NCBI GenBank assembly: GCA_963725235.1
Contig: CAVRXN010000001.1
Coordinates: 40,041-104,040 of the forward strand
DNA: 64,000 nucleotides
Origin: an uncultured bacterium
GTDB taxonomy: Bacteria; Patescibacteriota; Minisyncoccia; UBA6257; 2-01-FULL-56-20
Direction of reading: 5' to 3'
Below are positions 28,990-38,328 of this stretch, one piece after another. The position numbers and the translations under genes are program-made. The number at the start of each line of letters is the position of its first letter. The stretch's first letter is position 1. The notes under the pieces were generated by a model that worked only from the letters and a program-made list of their open reading frames with translations, had not been told where the DNA came from and ran no database searches.

Positions 28990-31900
28990 ATGGCAGAGAT
29001 CGATCCAAAGCAATATAACCCACGCGAAATTGAGGCGAAGTGGCAGAAAAAGTGGCTGGATGAGAAGGTTTTTGCTGCGCATGATGAGTCCGCGCCGGGC
29101 ACCGCCGCGAAGCCGAAATATTATCAGCTCGAAACGTTTCCGTATCCATCGGGCGCGGGTTTGCACGTTGGCCATCCGAAGGGTTACATTGCCGAGGATA
29201 TTCACGCGCGGTTTATGCGAATGGGCGGCGATCCGACCGCGCGCGGTGGCGTTGGCAAACCACGCGAAGTTTTGTACACCATGGGCTGGGATGCGTTTGG
29301 TTTGCCGACGGAGAACTATGCGATAAAAGTTGGCAAGACGCCGCAGGAGGTGACGCAGGAGAATACTGATAATTTTCGCCGACAGGTGCGAATGTTTGGT
29401 TTGTCGTACGATTGGGATCGCGAGATCAATACCTCGCAGCCGGATTATTATAAGTGGACGCAGTGGTTGTTTATTAAATTGTTTGAGCGTGGGCTGGCAT
29501 ATCGCAAGGCGGCTCGCGTCAATTGGTGCCCGGTTGACCAAACGGTTTTGGCGAATGAGCAGGTGATCAATGGGCATTGCGACCGTTGCGGTAGTGAAAT
29601 CGAGGAGCGCGATATGGAGCAGTGGTTTTTCAAGATTACGGATTACGCGGATCGGTTGCTGGAAGATCTCGACGGTCTTGATTGGCCCGCAGCAACGATC
29701 AAGCGGCAGGAAGATTGGATTGGGAAGAGCGAGGGTGCGGAGATAGAATTCTCTTTGTCGGATAAGCATCATTACGTTTTATTGCACGGATTTACTGGAT
29801 CTCCGGATAATAATTTTTTTCCATGGTTGAAAAAGACGCTCGAAAAGCAGGGGCATACTGTTGAGGTGCCATCTTTGCCAAATACTGATGACCCGGATGT
29901 ATATGAGCAGGTTAAATTTGTTTTGGATAATTGTCATTTTGATGAAAGTACAATTATAGTCGGGCATAGTTTAGGAGCGGTCGTTGCCTTGAAAGTTCTG
30001 GAGCAATTACCGAAGCCTATTTTCAAAACCGTTTTAGCGGCTGGTTTTGCAGAGCCGGGCTTCAAAGATCATGATCGTCCATTCGAAAATAAGTTCGATT
30101 GGAAGTTTGATTTCGCCAGAATTAAAGAGAATGCTCGTGATATTATTCTTTTGCGTGACGTGAACGATACCGCGGTTAAAGCTGAACAGATCAACCATCT
30201 CCATAATTGGGTGGGTGGTATTATAAAAGATATTACTGCGAAAGAGGATCATTTTTGCGCACTTGAAGAGACAGAAATTTTAAAAGCTGCGTTAGATGCA
30301 GTCATAGTTTTCACGACCCGACCAGATACATTATTTGGCGTAACTTATCTCGTGCTTGCGCCAGAGCATCCAGTGGTTACGCGCGTTATATCGCGACTTG
30401 AAAATAAGAGTGACGTACAGAAGTATATTAATGAAACATCACACAAAACGGAGCGAACTCGGCAGGAAGATGCGAAGGATAAGACTGGCGTCGAGTTGAA
30501 AGGCGTGAAGGCGATCAACCCGGCGAACGGCGAGGAAATTCCGATCTGGGTTGCGGATTACGTTTTAGGCTCATACGGAACCGGCGCGATTATGGCCGTG
30601 CCGGCGCATGATGAGCGCGATTTTGCATTTGCAAAGAAGTTTGGGTTGCCGGTGAATGATGTTCTTGAACCCGAAACCGGGCCGGTTTTGCCGAACGAAC
30701 AACCAAGGAAAAGTATCGTAGCTATCGTCGAAGATCCTGAAACAAAAAAATTTCTTACATTGAATTGGGGGTCCAAACTCGGAGGTACATTGTTTATTGG
30801 AGGCGGTAGGGAGGAAGGTGAGGATGAAGTGACTACGGCGATTCGAGAAATTTCTGAGGAGACGGGATATGCGCAAGTTGCTTTCATTGAGAAGACTGGA
30901 GTGATGCATCATCATTATTTTGCTTTCGCGAAAAATGTTTCCCGTAATATCGAGGTTATTGGTCTTCATTTTCGATTGACGGGAAAAGAGACTGTTGCAC
31001 CTCAGCGGGAAGAACAGGAGAAGTTTACGCCTGAATGGCTCAGTAAAGAAGAAGTTCTTGGCAGGATGGAGGATGAAAATCATTTATTAGCATTTCGAGA
31101 GCTAATTTTGGGCGAGATTTATACTGGAAAGGGTTTATTGAAAAATTCCGGCCAGTTCGACGGTCTTGATTCCGAAACCGCAAAATGGAAAATCACCGAA
31201 TTCGTTAAAGGCACCCGCAAAACGCAGTATAGAATTCGCGACTGGTCGGTTTCACGCCAGCGCTATTGGGGCGTGCCGATTCCGATGATTCATTGTCCGG
31301 CCTGCGGTATCGTACCAGTGCCGCTCGAGGAGCTGCCGGTCATTTTGCCGCCCCTCGCGGATTTTCGTCCGAAAGGTATGCCGCCGCTCGCCGCCGTGCC
31401 CGAGTTCATCAACGTTAAATGTCCGAAGTGCGGCAACGCAGAAGCGAAGCGCGATCCGGAAACGCTCGACACGTTCGTCGATTCGTCCTGGTACTATTTG
31501 CGCTACACTGATCCGCATAACGATGCGGCGATTTTCGATCCTGCGAAAGCGGCGCATTGGCTGCCAGTCGACCTCTATGTTATCGGTGCCGAGCACACGG
31601 TTTTGCATTTGCTCTACTCGCGCTTCATCACGAAGTTTTTGCAAGATGAAAAATTGATTAACTTTAGCGAGCCATTTTTGAAACTGCGGCATCAGGGGCT
31701 CATTCGCGGAACCGACGGTGCAAAAATGTCGAAGAGTAAAGGCAACGTCGTTAACCCCGACGAGATCGTTGCCGAATTTGGCGCGGATACGGTTCGGATG
31801 TATGAAATGTTCATGGGGCCATTTGAAGATGGTGCACCATGGGAGCCGAAAAGTATTCTGGGCATAGAACGATTTTTGAAGCGGTTTTGGCGCTATTTCC

Positions 31901-32457
31901 AAGAGCCCGTTGCCAGCAGCCAGCTATCGGCAGAAAAAGAGTCAAGCAAAATTTTACTTCACAAAACGATCAAAAAGGTTGGCGAAGACATCGCAGGATT
32001 TAAATTCAATACGGCGATCTCGGCATTGATGATTTTATTGAATCAACTGGAAACGGCGCAGACGCTCGCTATGGACGATATGAAATCTTTGTTAAAAATC
32101 ATCCATCCCTTCGCGCCGCATATGGCCCAGGAACTTTGGTCGCAGATGACGGCGGCGAACGGTACACCGTTAACCTATCTTGATTTCGAACCGTGGCCGC
32201 AGTATGATTCGGCGCTGATTCGCGAAGAGAAAGTACGGCTCGCGCTCCAAATAAATGGGAAAACGAAAGATGTTATTGAGGTCGCGGCGGATATGCTCGC
32301 AGGCGGCGGCAACATTGCAGGGGGCGACGAAGGTGCAGCCGAGGCAACCGCAAAGCGCCTCGCGCTCGAAAATGATAAGATTAAAAAGACATTAAATGGC
32401 GCTGAGCCGAAGAAGGTTATCTACGTTGATAAGCGGCTCGTGAATATTGTCATTTAA
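28990..32457 (+). CDS. leuS: leucyl-tRNA synthetase with two inserted extra domains (1155 aa)
   Basis: MAEIDPKQYNPREIEAKWQKKW; HVGHPKGY; WIGKSEGAEIEF; TTRPDTLFG; GTGAIMAVPAHDERD; RDWSVSRQRYWGVPIP; KMSKSKGN. Single uninterrupted frame. Confidence 0.95.
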   Translation: MAEIDPKQYNPREIEAKWQKKWLDEKVFAAHDESAPGTAAKPKYYQLETFPYPSGAGLHVGHPKGYIAEDIHARFMRMGGDPTARGGVGKPREVLYTMGWDAFGLPTENYAIKVGKTPQEVTQENTDNFRRQVRMFGLSYDWDREINTSQPDYYKWTQWLFIKLFERGLAYRKAARVNWCPVDQTVLANEQVINGHCDRCGSEIEERDMEQWFFKITDYADRLLEDLDGLDWPAATIKRQEDWIGKSEGAEIEFSLSDKHHYVLLHGFTGSPDNNFFPWLKKTLEKQGHTVEVPSLPNTDDPDVYEQVKFVLDNCHFDESTIIVGHSLGAVVALKVLEQLPKPIFKTVLAAGFAEPGFKDHDRPFENKFDWKFDFARIKENARDIILLRDVNDTAVKAEQINHLHNWVGGIIKDITAKEDHFCALEETEILKAALDAVIVFTTRPDTLFGVTYLVLAPEHPVVTRVISRLENKSDVQKYINETSHKTERTRQEDAKDKTGVELKGVKAINPANGEEIPIWVADYVLGSYGTGAIMAVPAHDERDFAFAKKFGLPVNDVLEPETGPVLPNEQPRKSIVAIVEDPETKKFLTLNWGSKLGGTLFIGGGREEGEDEVTTAIREISEETGYAQVAFIEKTGVMHHHYFAFAKNVSRNIEVIGLHFRLTGKETVAPQREEQEKFTPEWLSKEEVLGRMEDENHLLAFRELILGEIYTGKGLLKNSGQFDGLDSETAKWKITEFVKGTRKTQYRIRDWSVSRQRYWGVPIPMIHCPACGIVPVPLEELPVILPPLADFRPKGMPPLAAVPEFINVKCPKCGNAEAKRDPETLDTFVDSSWYYLRYTDPHNDAAIFDPAKAAHWLPVDLYVIGAEHTVLHLLYSRFITKFLQDEKLINFSEPFLKLRHQGLIRGTDGAKMSKSKGNVVNPDEIVAEFGADTVRMYEMFMGPFEDGAPWEPKSILGIERFLKRFWRYFQEPVASSQLSAEKESSKILLHKTIKKVGEDIAGFKFNTAISALMILLNQLETAQTLAMDDMKSLLKIIHPFAPHMAQELWSQMTAANGTPLTYLDFEPWPQYDSALIREEKVRLALQINGKTKDVIEVAADMLAGGGNIAGGDEGAAEATAKRLALENDKIKKTLNGAEPKKVIYVDKRLVNIVI
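29752..30300 (+). other. in-frame insertion in leuS: alpha/beta serine-hydrolase domain (YdeN/RBBP9-like)
   Basis: HYVLLHGFTGSPDNNFFPWL...TIIVGHSLGAVVALK (GxSxG, 29962-29976)...LLRDVNDTAV...KEDHFCALE. It replaces an approximately 10-aa linker of E. coli LeuRS. AT-richer than the flanks. Confidence 0.75.
30700..31125 (+). other. in-frame insertion in leuS: Nudix domain
   Basis: Perfect Nudix box GGREEGEDEVTTAIREISEETGY at 30802-30870. The block lies between FAKKFGLPVNDV and GKGLLKNSGQFDGL of the LeuRS editing/connective region. Confidence 0.8.
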
Positions 32458-32485
32458 TCATTTTTTAATTTTCGCCAAAAAATCT

Positions 32486-33520
32486 ATGGGAGCCAAGATC
32501 GGAGGAATTGTGTTGCTGGTCGTCGCGCTCGGCGTTGGGCTGTATTTTATTAACTCCGGCGGTGCGTCGAAGATCGGAAGCGCATTCCAGCCGCCGGGCG
32601 CCGCTAGCTCGACCGTCGCAACTTCGACAAGCTCGACGACAACCGCGACTTCATCATCCAACTCATTCATCACGTTTTTGGATGAACTGTTCCATCCTCA
32701 ATCCGGTAACTTAAATATCCCATCCGCAGGCAGCGGTTCATCGAACTCCGGCGGGGAAGTGTATACCGAAGGCGGCGGCTCGAGTGGGAACGGAAGCGGG
32801 AACGGCACGGGTGGCATATCCGCAATCCCGTCCTACGAAATTCCCGCCGGCTATACGCTCGCCCAGCTCTCACCGTATTTCCATCAGGTTCGTCTCGGCG
32901 GCGTTGGCTCCTACCAGATTTCGCTCTATAGCTACGAAAATTATAACGAGCCGACGACAACGATCAATATCACGGGATGGGAAATAAAGACGAACCGTGG
33001 CGGAGAATATATTCCGCAGGCCGTGAATATTTATGATCCGGATTCGGCGCCGGTGCTCAGTAATATTATTTTGTCGTCGACCCAAAATGATGAAGTATAT
33101 TTTTATTCCAATTCAGCGCCGCAAAATGTCCGGCTGAATGAATGTATGGGATATTTGCAGTCGACGAGCTATACAAGCCAAATCAACCAATTTAATCCGG
33201 CGCTGCCGGACAGCTGTCCGCCGATCAACCAGGCGGCGATTTCGCAGTTTACCGGCGCATGTCAAAATTATATCAACTCACTCGGTTGCCAAGCGGTCGA
33301 TATGTCGAGCATCTACATTCCGCGTAACGATTATGCATGCCAGCAATATCTTGAAAACAATTTTACGTATAATTCCTGTATTATGAACCATGCCCAGGAT
33401 CCGAATTTCCTGAGTGACACGTGGTACATCTGGATGGGTTCGAGTCCGCTCGACCCGTATCATGACAATGTCGTGTTGCTCGACAAGAATGGGCTGGTGG
33501 TGGATACGTATAACTACTAA
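32486..33520 (+). CDS. secreted protein with lamin-tail-like (LTD) and Cys-rich C-terminal regions
   Basis: Start MGAKIGGIVLLVV at 32486. INITGWEIKTNRGGEYIP is LTD-like. 8 Cys in the C-terminal third. Confidence 0.65.
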   Translation: MGAKIGGIVLLVVALGVGLYFINSGGASKIGSAFQPPGAASSTVATSTSSTTTATSSSNSFITFLDELFHPQSGNLNIPSAGSGSSNSGGEVYTEGGGSSGNGSGNGTGGISAIPSYEIPAGYTLAQLSPYFHQVRLGGVGSYQISLYSYENYNEPTTTINITGWEIKTNRGGEYIPQAVNIYDPDSAPVLSNIILSSTQNDEVYFYSNSAPQNVRLNECMGYLQSTSYTSQINQFNPALPDSCPPINQAAISQFTGACQNYINSLGCQAVDMSSIYIPRNDYACQQYLENNFTYNSCIMNHAQDPNFLSDTWYIWMGSSPLDPYHDNVVLLDKNGLVVDTYNY

Positions 33521-34573
33521 TTACTTCCTCTCCGCCAGCGTCACTTTCGTCCGGCAGGGCTTCCCGTCCCGCAAGTACGTCAATTCGATTTCGTCACCGA
33601 CATTCAGGTCCTCGAGGAAATCCTGGATAGGATGGTCGCGGTCGAGCTTTTTCCGGCCGTGTTTTTCAGTGCTGAATTCGAGGACGATGTCGTGCTCGCG
33701 CAAACCGGCATGGTCGGCGGGGGAGTCGGGGACGACGGCGTAATCGTGCGGCGTTTCGCGGAATACCAATGCGCCATAGTTTACCGGCAAGCTCATTTTC
33801 TCCTTCATCTCGTCATCGATCATCACATAGCGCAAACCGAGCAGCGGCCGTTTGATCCGGCCGTATTTCCGGATGTCGGCGAGGTCGCGGCGCGCGGCGT
33901 TGACGGGGATCGCGAAGCCGATGCTCTGCGCACCGTAGACGATCGCGGCGTTTACGCCGACAACGCGCCCATCGCCGTTGACGAGCGGTCCGCCGGAGTT
34001 GCCCGGATTGATCGCGGCATCAGTTTGTATCAGGCCGCGCATTTCCTGTGGCGGCGCGTCACCCTCGGCTTGGGCGGCAATCGAGCGTGACAAGCCGGAA
34101 ATGATGCCGAGCGAAACGGTATTTTTGAAAACTCCTAAAGCGTTGCCTATCGCGATGACGCCCTGGCCGAGCTGTAAACGGGTCGCATCGCCGAGTCGCA
34201 AGGTCGATAATCGAATCGCGCCGATTTTTAAAATCGCGACGTCGTTTATTGGATCGCGGCTTAAAACGGTCGCAGGAAATTTTCGACCATCATTTAGGAT
34301 AACCGTATATTCGGCCTTCGCATCGGCGACGACGTGTTTGTTGGTCATCACGAGGCCGTTTGATTCGATTACGAAGCCGGAGCCGCCACCGACCTGAATC
34401 ATGCCATTATGGTCGGCCATCTGCGCCATGTCGTTCGCGACCGCACCAGCTGGCACGGGATAATCTTTCGGAATCTCTTTTTGCAAATCCTCGAGATGCT
34501 TCGCGATTGCAATCGAAACCACCGCGGGCATGACTTTCCGGATGGTCTTTATAACCGTTTTCTCATCCATCAT
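33521..34573 (-). CDS. HtrA/DegP-family serine protease with PDZ domain
   Basis: VMTNKHVV (His), DVAILKI (Asp), GNSGGPLVN (Ser), and a PDZ-like C-terminus. Confidence 0.9.
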   Translation of the reverse strand: MMDEKTVIKTIRKVMPAVVSIAIAKHLEDLQKEIPKDYPVPAGAVANDMAQMADHNGMIQVGGGSGFVIESNGLVMTNKHVVADAKAEYTVILNDGRKFPATVLSRDPINDVAILKIGAIRLSTLRLGDATRLQLGQGVIAIGNALGVFKNTVSLGIISGLSRSIAAQAEGDAPPQEMRGLIQTDAAINPGNSGGPLVNGDGRVVGVNAAIVYGAQSIGFAIPVNAARRDLADIRKYGRIKRPLLGLRYVMIDDEMKEKMSLPVNYGALVFRETPHDYAVVPDSPADHAGLREHDIVLEFSTEKHGRKKLDRDHPIQDFLEDLNVGDEIELTYLRDGKPCRTKVTLAERK

Positions 34574-34611
34574 TCTATTGTACCATGTTAAAAATGTGTT
34601 AAGATAAATAT

Positions 34612-35325
34612 ATGAAGGTGCAATGGAATACAGTAACCTGGTATTCGAAACTGATCGCGCTCATCCTGTTTGTCGCGTTGCCATTTATCGGTTTTTGGTA
34701 CGGCATGCAGTATGGCGAGCTGGTGGCGCCGATTAATAATTTATCGGTGGCTGCGACGACTTCGACCGCCGTCGGCGCCGCATATTACTCGAACACCACC
34801 GAATGGCAAACCGATGCGAATAATACTGCTGGCGGGTTCAGTATTGCGTACCCGATTGATTTTCCGATAATCGACAGCTATTCGGCGGCGCCGTCGACCG
34901 ATTGGCGCGCTGGCGCGAATGGAACGCCGGGCATAACGTATTTTACGCTGACCATTCCGTCGGCGTTCGAGCCGCAGACAAATTTTGCCGATGCGAAGCT
35001 GACGGTCGGGGGGAGTGCGGCGCAGGCGGCGGTGGCGAACTGTTTAGCGCTAGATCCGACCGGCGGCCCGGCTATGGCGACTTCGAGCGTGACGATCAAC
35101 GGCATTCAGTTCACGGTTTTCAAGTCGAGTGATGTGGGCGCGGGGAATATTTATGAAACGACGAGTTATCGGACGATGCATGCGGGTGAATGTTATGCCG
35201 TCGAATATACGATCCATTCGAGTGAGATCGGCAACTATCCGCCGCAGTATAACCTGCAGCAGTTCGACGAGAGCCAGCTGACCGACGTGCTTGACCGAAT
35301 TGTGGGAACGTTTAAGTTTATGTAA
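34612..35325 (+). CDS. secreted hypothetical protein (paralog of 5300..6034)
   Basis: N-terminal TM. Shared motif order with 5300..6034. Confidence 0.7.
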   Translation: MKVQWNTVTWYSKLIALILFVALPFIGFWYGMQYGELVAPINNLSVAATTSTAVGAAYYSNTTEWQTDANNTAGGFSIAYPIDFPIIDSYSAAPSTDWRAGANGTPGITYFTLTIPSAFEPQTNFADAKLTVGGSAAQAAVANCLALDPTGGPAMATSSVTINGIQFTVFKSSDVGAGNIYETTSYRTMHAGECYAVEYTIHSSEIGNYPPQYNLQQFDESQLTDVLDRIVGTFKFM

Positions 35326-35336
35326 TATAGGGGAGT

Positions 35337-36032
35337 ATGAGTGATACGAAGCGTAAAATTTTTATTATCATCGTTCTTTTGCTTGTCATTCTGTTCGGCG
35401 TCGGGCAGTTTTTTGCGTATTCTAATCCGGCGGCGAATGCGCCGGCGGCAAATTCTGCTTCGACTTCGACCGGTTCAACCCAGCCGGCGGCGACGGACGT
35501 GTTCGCATATGCACCATCAGCAAGCGTCGCGAGTTCGACGCCGGTTGAACAGGGTTCCTGCTTTGCGAGTTCGATCGCGGCGCCATATCGGAGCGATGCG
35601 TGGCGTTGTATGGTTGGCAACGCAATCAGCGATCCGTGCTTCGCGATTCCTGGGTCGACGTCGACGCTTGAGTGCGGCGTCAATCCGACCGTCATAGGTG
35701 CTACCTCGACTTTTATCCTGCGGTTAACGAAGCCATTACCGTCAGCAGCGCCTATGACCGATCCAACGCCATCCAATTGGGCTTGGTTCATCCAGCTTGC
35801 TGATGGGACGACTTGCTCGCTATTTACCGGTACCCGGCCCTTCGACGCGAGCGGAGACGCCGCGGTCTATGCCTGCAACGGTGGTCCGAATGAGAGCATG
35901 ATCTTCGGTGAGCTTAATAACTCATCGAGCGTCTGGACGGCCGAGATTGGTACACTTTCGACCTCGACGAAGGCCTTCCCACCGGTGCTCGTGGCGTCTG
36001 CAACCGTTCCGGTTGCCGCGGTTTGGCAGTAA
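35337..36032 (+). CDS. secreted hypothetical protein
   Basis: ORF track, 231 aa, N-terminal TM, Cys-containing mature part. Confidence 0.6.
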   Translation: MSDTKRKIFIIIVLLLVILFGVGQFFAYSNPAANAPAANSASTSTGSTQPAATDVFAYAPSASVASSTPVEQGSCFASSIAAPYRSDAWRCMVGNAISDPCFAIPGSTSTLECGVNPTVIGATSTFILRLTKPLPSAAPMTDPTPSNWAWFIQLADGTTCSLFTGTRPFDASGDAAVYACNGGPNESMIFGELNNSSSVWTAEIGTLSTSTKAFPPVLVASATVPVAAVWQ

Positions 36033-36076
36033 GTGGCAGCAGGTGCTACAATACATGGATTACAACCATACCTGCT

Positions 36077-36745
36077 ATGCGGATTCTGATCATCGAGGAT
36101 GAACCGAACTTGGGAAAAGCGCTGAAAGAGAATTTGGAAGCCGAAGCATATGCAGTTGATGTTGAGGCGGATGGGGAGCGGGGATTGTATCGCGCGAAAA
36201 CGAATGATTATGATGCGATTGTGCTCGACGATATTTTGCCGGGGAAACGGGGATATGAGATTTGCCGCGAGTTGCGCGCCGGCGGTTCGACGGCGCCGAT
36301 TATGTTGATGAGCGTGCAGTCGGAGGTCGAGACGAAAGTTGGGTTGTTGAATGATGGTGCGGACGATTATCTCGCGAAGCCATTTTCGTTTGACGAAATG
36401 TCGGCACGGTTGCGGGCGTTGCTTCGCCGTGGGCGCGATTTGAAATATGGCGAGTTGCAGGTCGATGATTTGATACTTGATGAGACCAATGCAGCAGTCA
36501 TTCGTTCTGGCCAGCGAATATATTTGACGTCGAAGGAGTTCGCGATCTTGCGTTATCTGATGCGGAATGCCGGCCGGTTAGCTTCGCGAGCGGCGATTTT
36601 GGAGCATGTCTGGGACGATACCGCCGATCCGTTGTCGAACATGATCGAAACGCATATGCATAATTTGCGGCGGAAAATTGACCGGCCTGGACTGAAAAAG
36701 TTGATTCATACGGTTTCGGGGCGCGGATATATGCTGCAACTCTAG
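36077..36745 (+). CDS. OmpR-family response regulator
   Basis: MRILIIEDEPNLGKAL...AIVLDDILPGKRG...KPFSFDEM, then a winged helix LTSKEFAILRYLMRNAG. Confidence 0.9.
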   Translation: MRILIIEDEPNLGKALKENLEAEAYAVDVEADGERGLYRAKTNDYDAIVLDDILPGKRGYEICRELRAGGSTAPIMLMSVQSEVETKVGLLNDGADDYLAKPFSFDEMSARLRALLRRGRDLKYGELQVDDLILDETNAAVIRSGQRIYLTSKEFAILRYLMRNAGRLASRAAILEHVWDDTADPLSNMIETHMHNLRRKIDRPGLKKLIHTVSGRGYMLQL

Positions 36746-36960
36746 GTTTCGGTCGTTTTGCTGGGCTTTTTTCTTAAACTTTTTTTAATGACCTTTATGG
36801 TATGGTGGAGGTAACGGAAGCTCAGGTCGAAAGTTTTCGCATATAAACCACGATTTCTTTATCATATGAACGAGCTATTTGAGGCAGTGCTTACCGACCC
36901 GGCTGCGCGGACTGCGGATGCGGCGGAGGCCCTTGCTGCTTCGCAGGCGGAATTTCTGAG

Positions 36961-38328
36961 TTGGACGTGAAGATATCGCTTGTAGCGCCGCGGTCGAAGG
37001 ATGAAGATGCCAGGCGGCGGGAATATATCTTGAACATCATTTTGGTCGGCTCGATCGTGATGCTGGTCTTGTTTGATGTGCTCGTCGGATATTATGCCGC
37101 AGAAGGCCATCCGAGCGGTACGCCGTTCGCGGCATTTTCCCTCCTGCCGGCATTCTTCATCTTGTTGTACGTGCTTTCGCGCCGCGGTTTTGTCGCACTC
37201 GCATCCTATCTTCTGATCGCCGCCTATTTTATCGGTAATAGCTACGCTGCGTACCATTGGGGCGTCAATGTCCCGACGGCTGTTTTAGGCTACGCGCTGC
37301 TTATCGTCATCGGCAGTATCTTGATCGGCACCCGTTTCGGATTTTTCCTCACCGGCATTATTATGATCTACGTCCTCGCCATTTGGTACGACCAGCTTGA
37401 TGGCATTATGACCGTGACGTCGCAACGGTTGACGATTGGCGATGGTGTGGCGATTGTTGTTTTGTATATGCTGATCGTTGTGGTCGCGTGGCTTTCGAAC
37501 CGCGAGATTGAGCGGTCGCTCGCGCGGGCACGGCGCTCCGAACAAAATCTTGAAGCGAAAGTCGAGGAGCGGACGCGGGAATTGCAGGCGGTGCAGACGG
37601 AAAAGATCGACCATCTGTATCGTTTTGCCGAATTTGGCCAGTTGGCGTCGGGGCTGTTCCATGATCTTTTGAATGTCGTGAATGCGGCGGCATTGCATGA
37701 TGAGAAAACGGTGAGCCAGGCGCGGACTATTCAGGCTGAGATCGATCGGTTTCGGACGACGTTCCAAAACCAATTAAGCCGCGACGCGGCGGTCCAGATG
37801 TTTTCTTTGGCTCGCGGTATTGAAGATGTTATCCAGCTTCTGGCCTATCAGGCGAAACATGCCGGCGTTCAAATTTTATTCGCCGCTAATCCGGATGGTG
37901 ATTTGTTTGAGTGCTTTGGCAGCTCGCTGAAATTTCATCAGGTAGTGCTCAATATTGTGTTGAATGCGATCGAGTCGTTTGATGGTTTATCGGCTGGCAT
38001 ATCGCGATCGGTCGCCATCAACTTGTCCCGGACGTCCGACGGAATGGTCCTGCTTATTGCCGATAATGGTCCGGGTATATCGGATGAGTTGAAGAAAAAG
38101 ATTTTCGAGCCATTCTTTACGACGAAGGACAACCTCAAGAAAGGCACGGGCATCGGGCTCGCGATAACGAAGCAGATCGTGGAAGAGGATTTTGGTGGAA
38201 CTATTTCGGTTGAAGATGGGCGCCACGGCATTGGCTCGGTATTTATCATTACGTTTTATGAACCACCGCACGCTCGAGGAAGGGATGGAGTTTTGCATAG
38301 AAAGCATCAGGAAAGCCCAGCTTCCTGA
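36961..38328 (+). CDS. sensor histidine kinase (5' end uncertain; could extend to ATG 36867 via a frame change)
   Basis: Six TM helices, H-box LASGLFHDLLNVVNA, ATP-lid IADNGPGISDE and KGTGIGLAITKQIV. Confidence 0.85.
   Translation: MDVKISLVAPRSKDEDARRREYILNIILVGSIVMLVLFDVLVGYYAAEGHPSGTPFAAFSLLPAFFILLYVLSRRGFVALASYLLIAAYFIGNSYAAYHWGVNVPTAVLGYALLIVIGSILIGTRFGFFLTGIIMIYVLAIWYDQLDGIMTVTSQRLTIGDGVAIVVLYMLIVVVAWLSNREIERSLARARRSEQNLEAKVEERTRELQAVQTEKIDHLYRFAEFGQLASGLFHDLLNVVNAAALHDEKTVSQARTIQAEIDRFRTTFQNQLSRDAAVQMFSLARGIEDVIQLLAYQAKHAGVQILFAANPDGDLFECFGSSLKFHQVVLNIVLNAIESFDGLSAGISRSVAINLSRTSDGMVLLIADNGPGISDELKKKIFEPFFTTKDNLKKGTGIGLAITKQIVEEDFGGTISVEDGRHGIGSVFIITFYEPPHARGRDGVLHRKHQESPAS

Noticed and set aside
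29752-31125. The leuS insertions could be inteins or an assembly-introduced foreign fragment.
   Set aside because: There are no intein junction residues (N-terminal Cys/Ser, or C-terminal His-Asn plus Cys/Ser/Thr) and no homing-endonuclease motifs. Both blocks read as ordinary enzyme domains, in frame with intact LeuRS on both sides. A chimeric assembly still needs read-level exclusion.
36867-36961. A short ATG ORF (MNELFEAVLTDPAARTADAAEALAASQAEFLSWT) could be a separate gene upstream of the histidine kinase.
   Set aside because: It ends exactly where the kinase frame begins, so it is more likely the kinase N-terminus displaced by one indel, or an untranslated leader. There is not enough evidence for a separate call.
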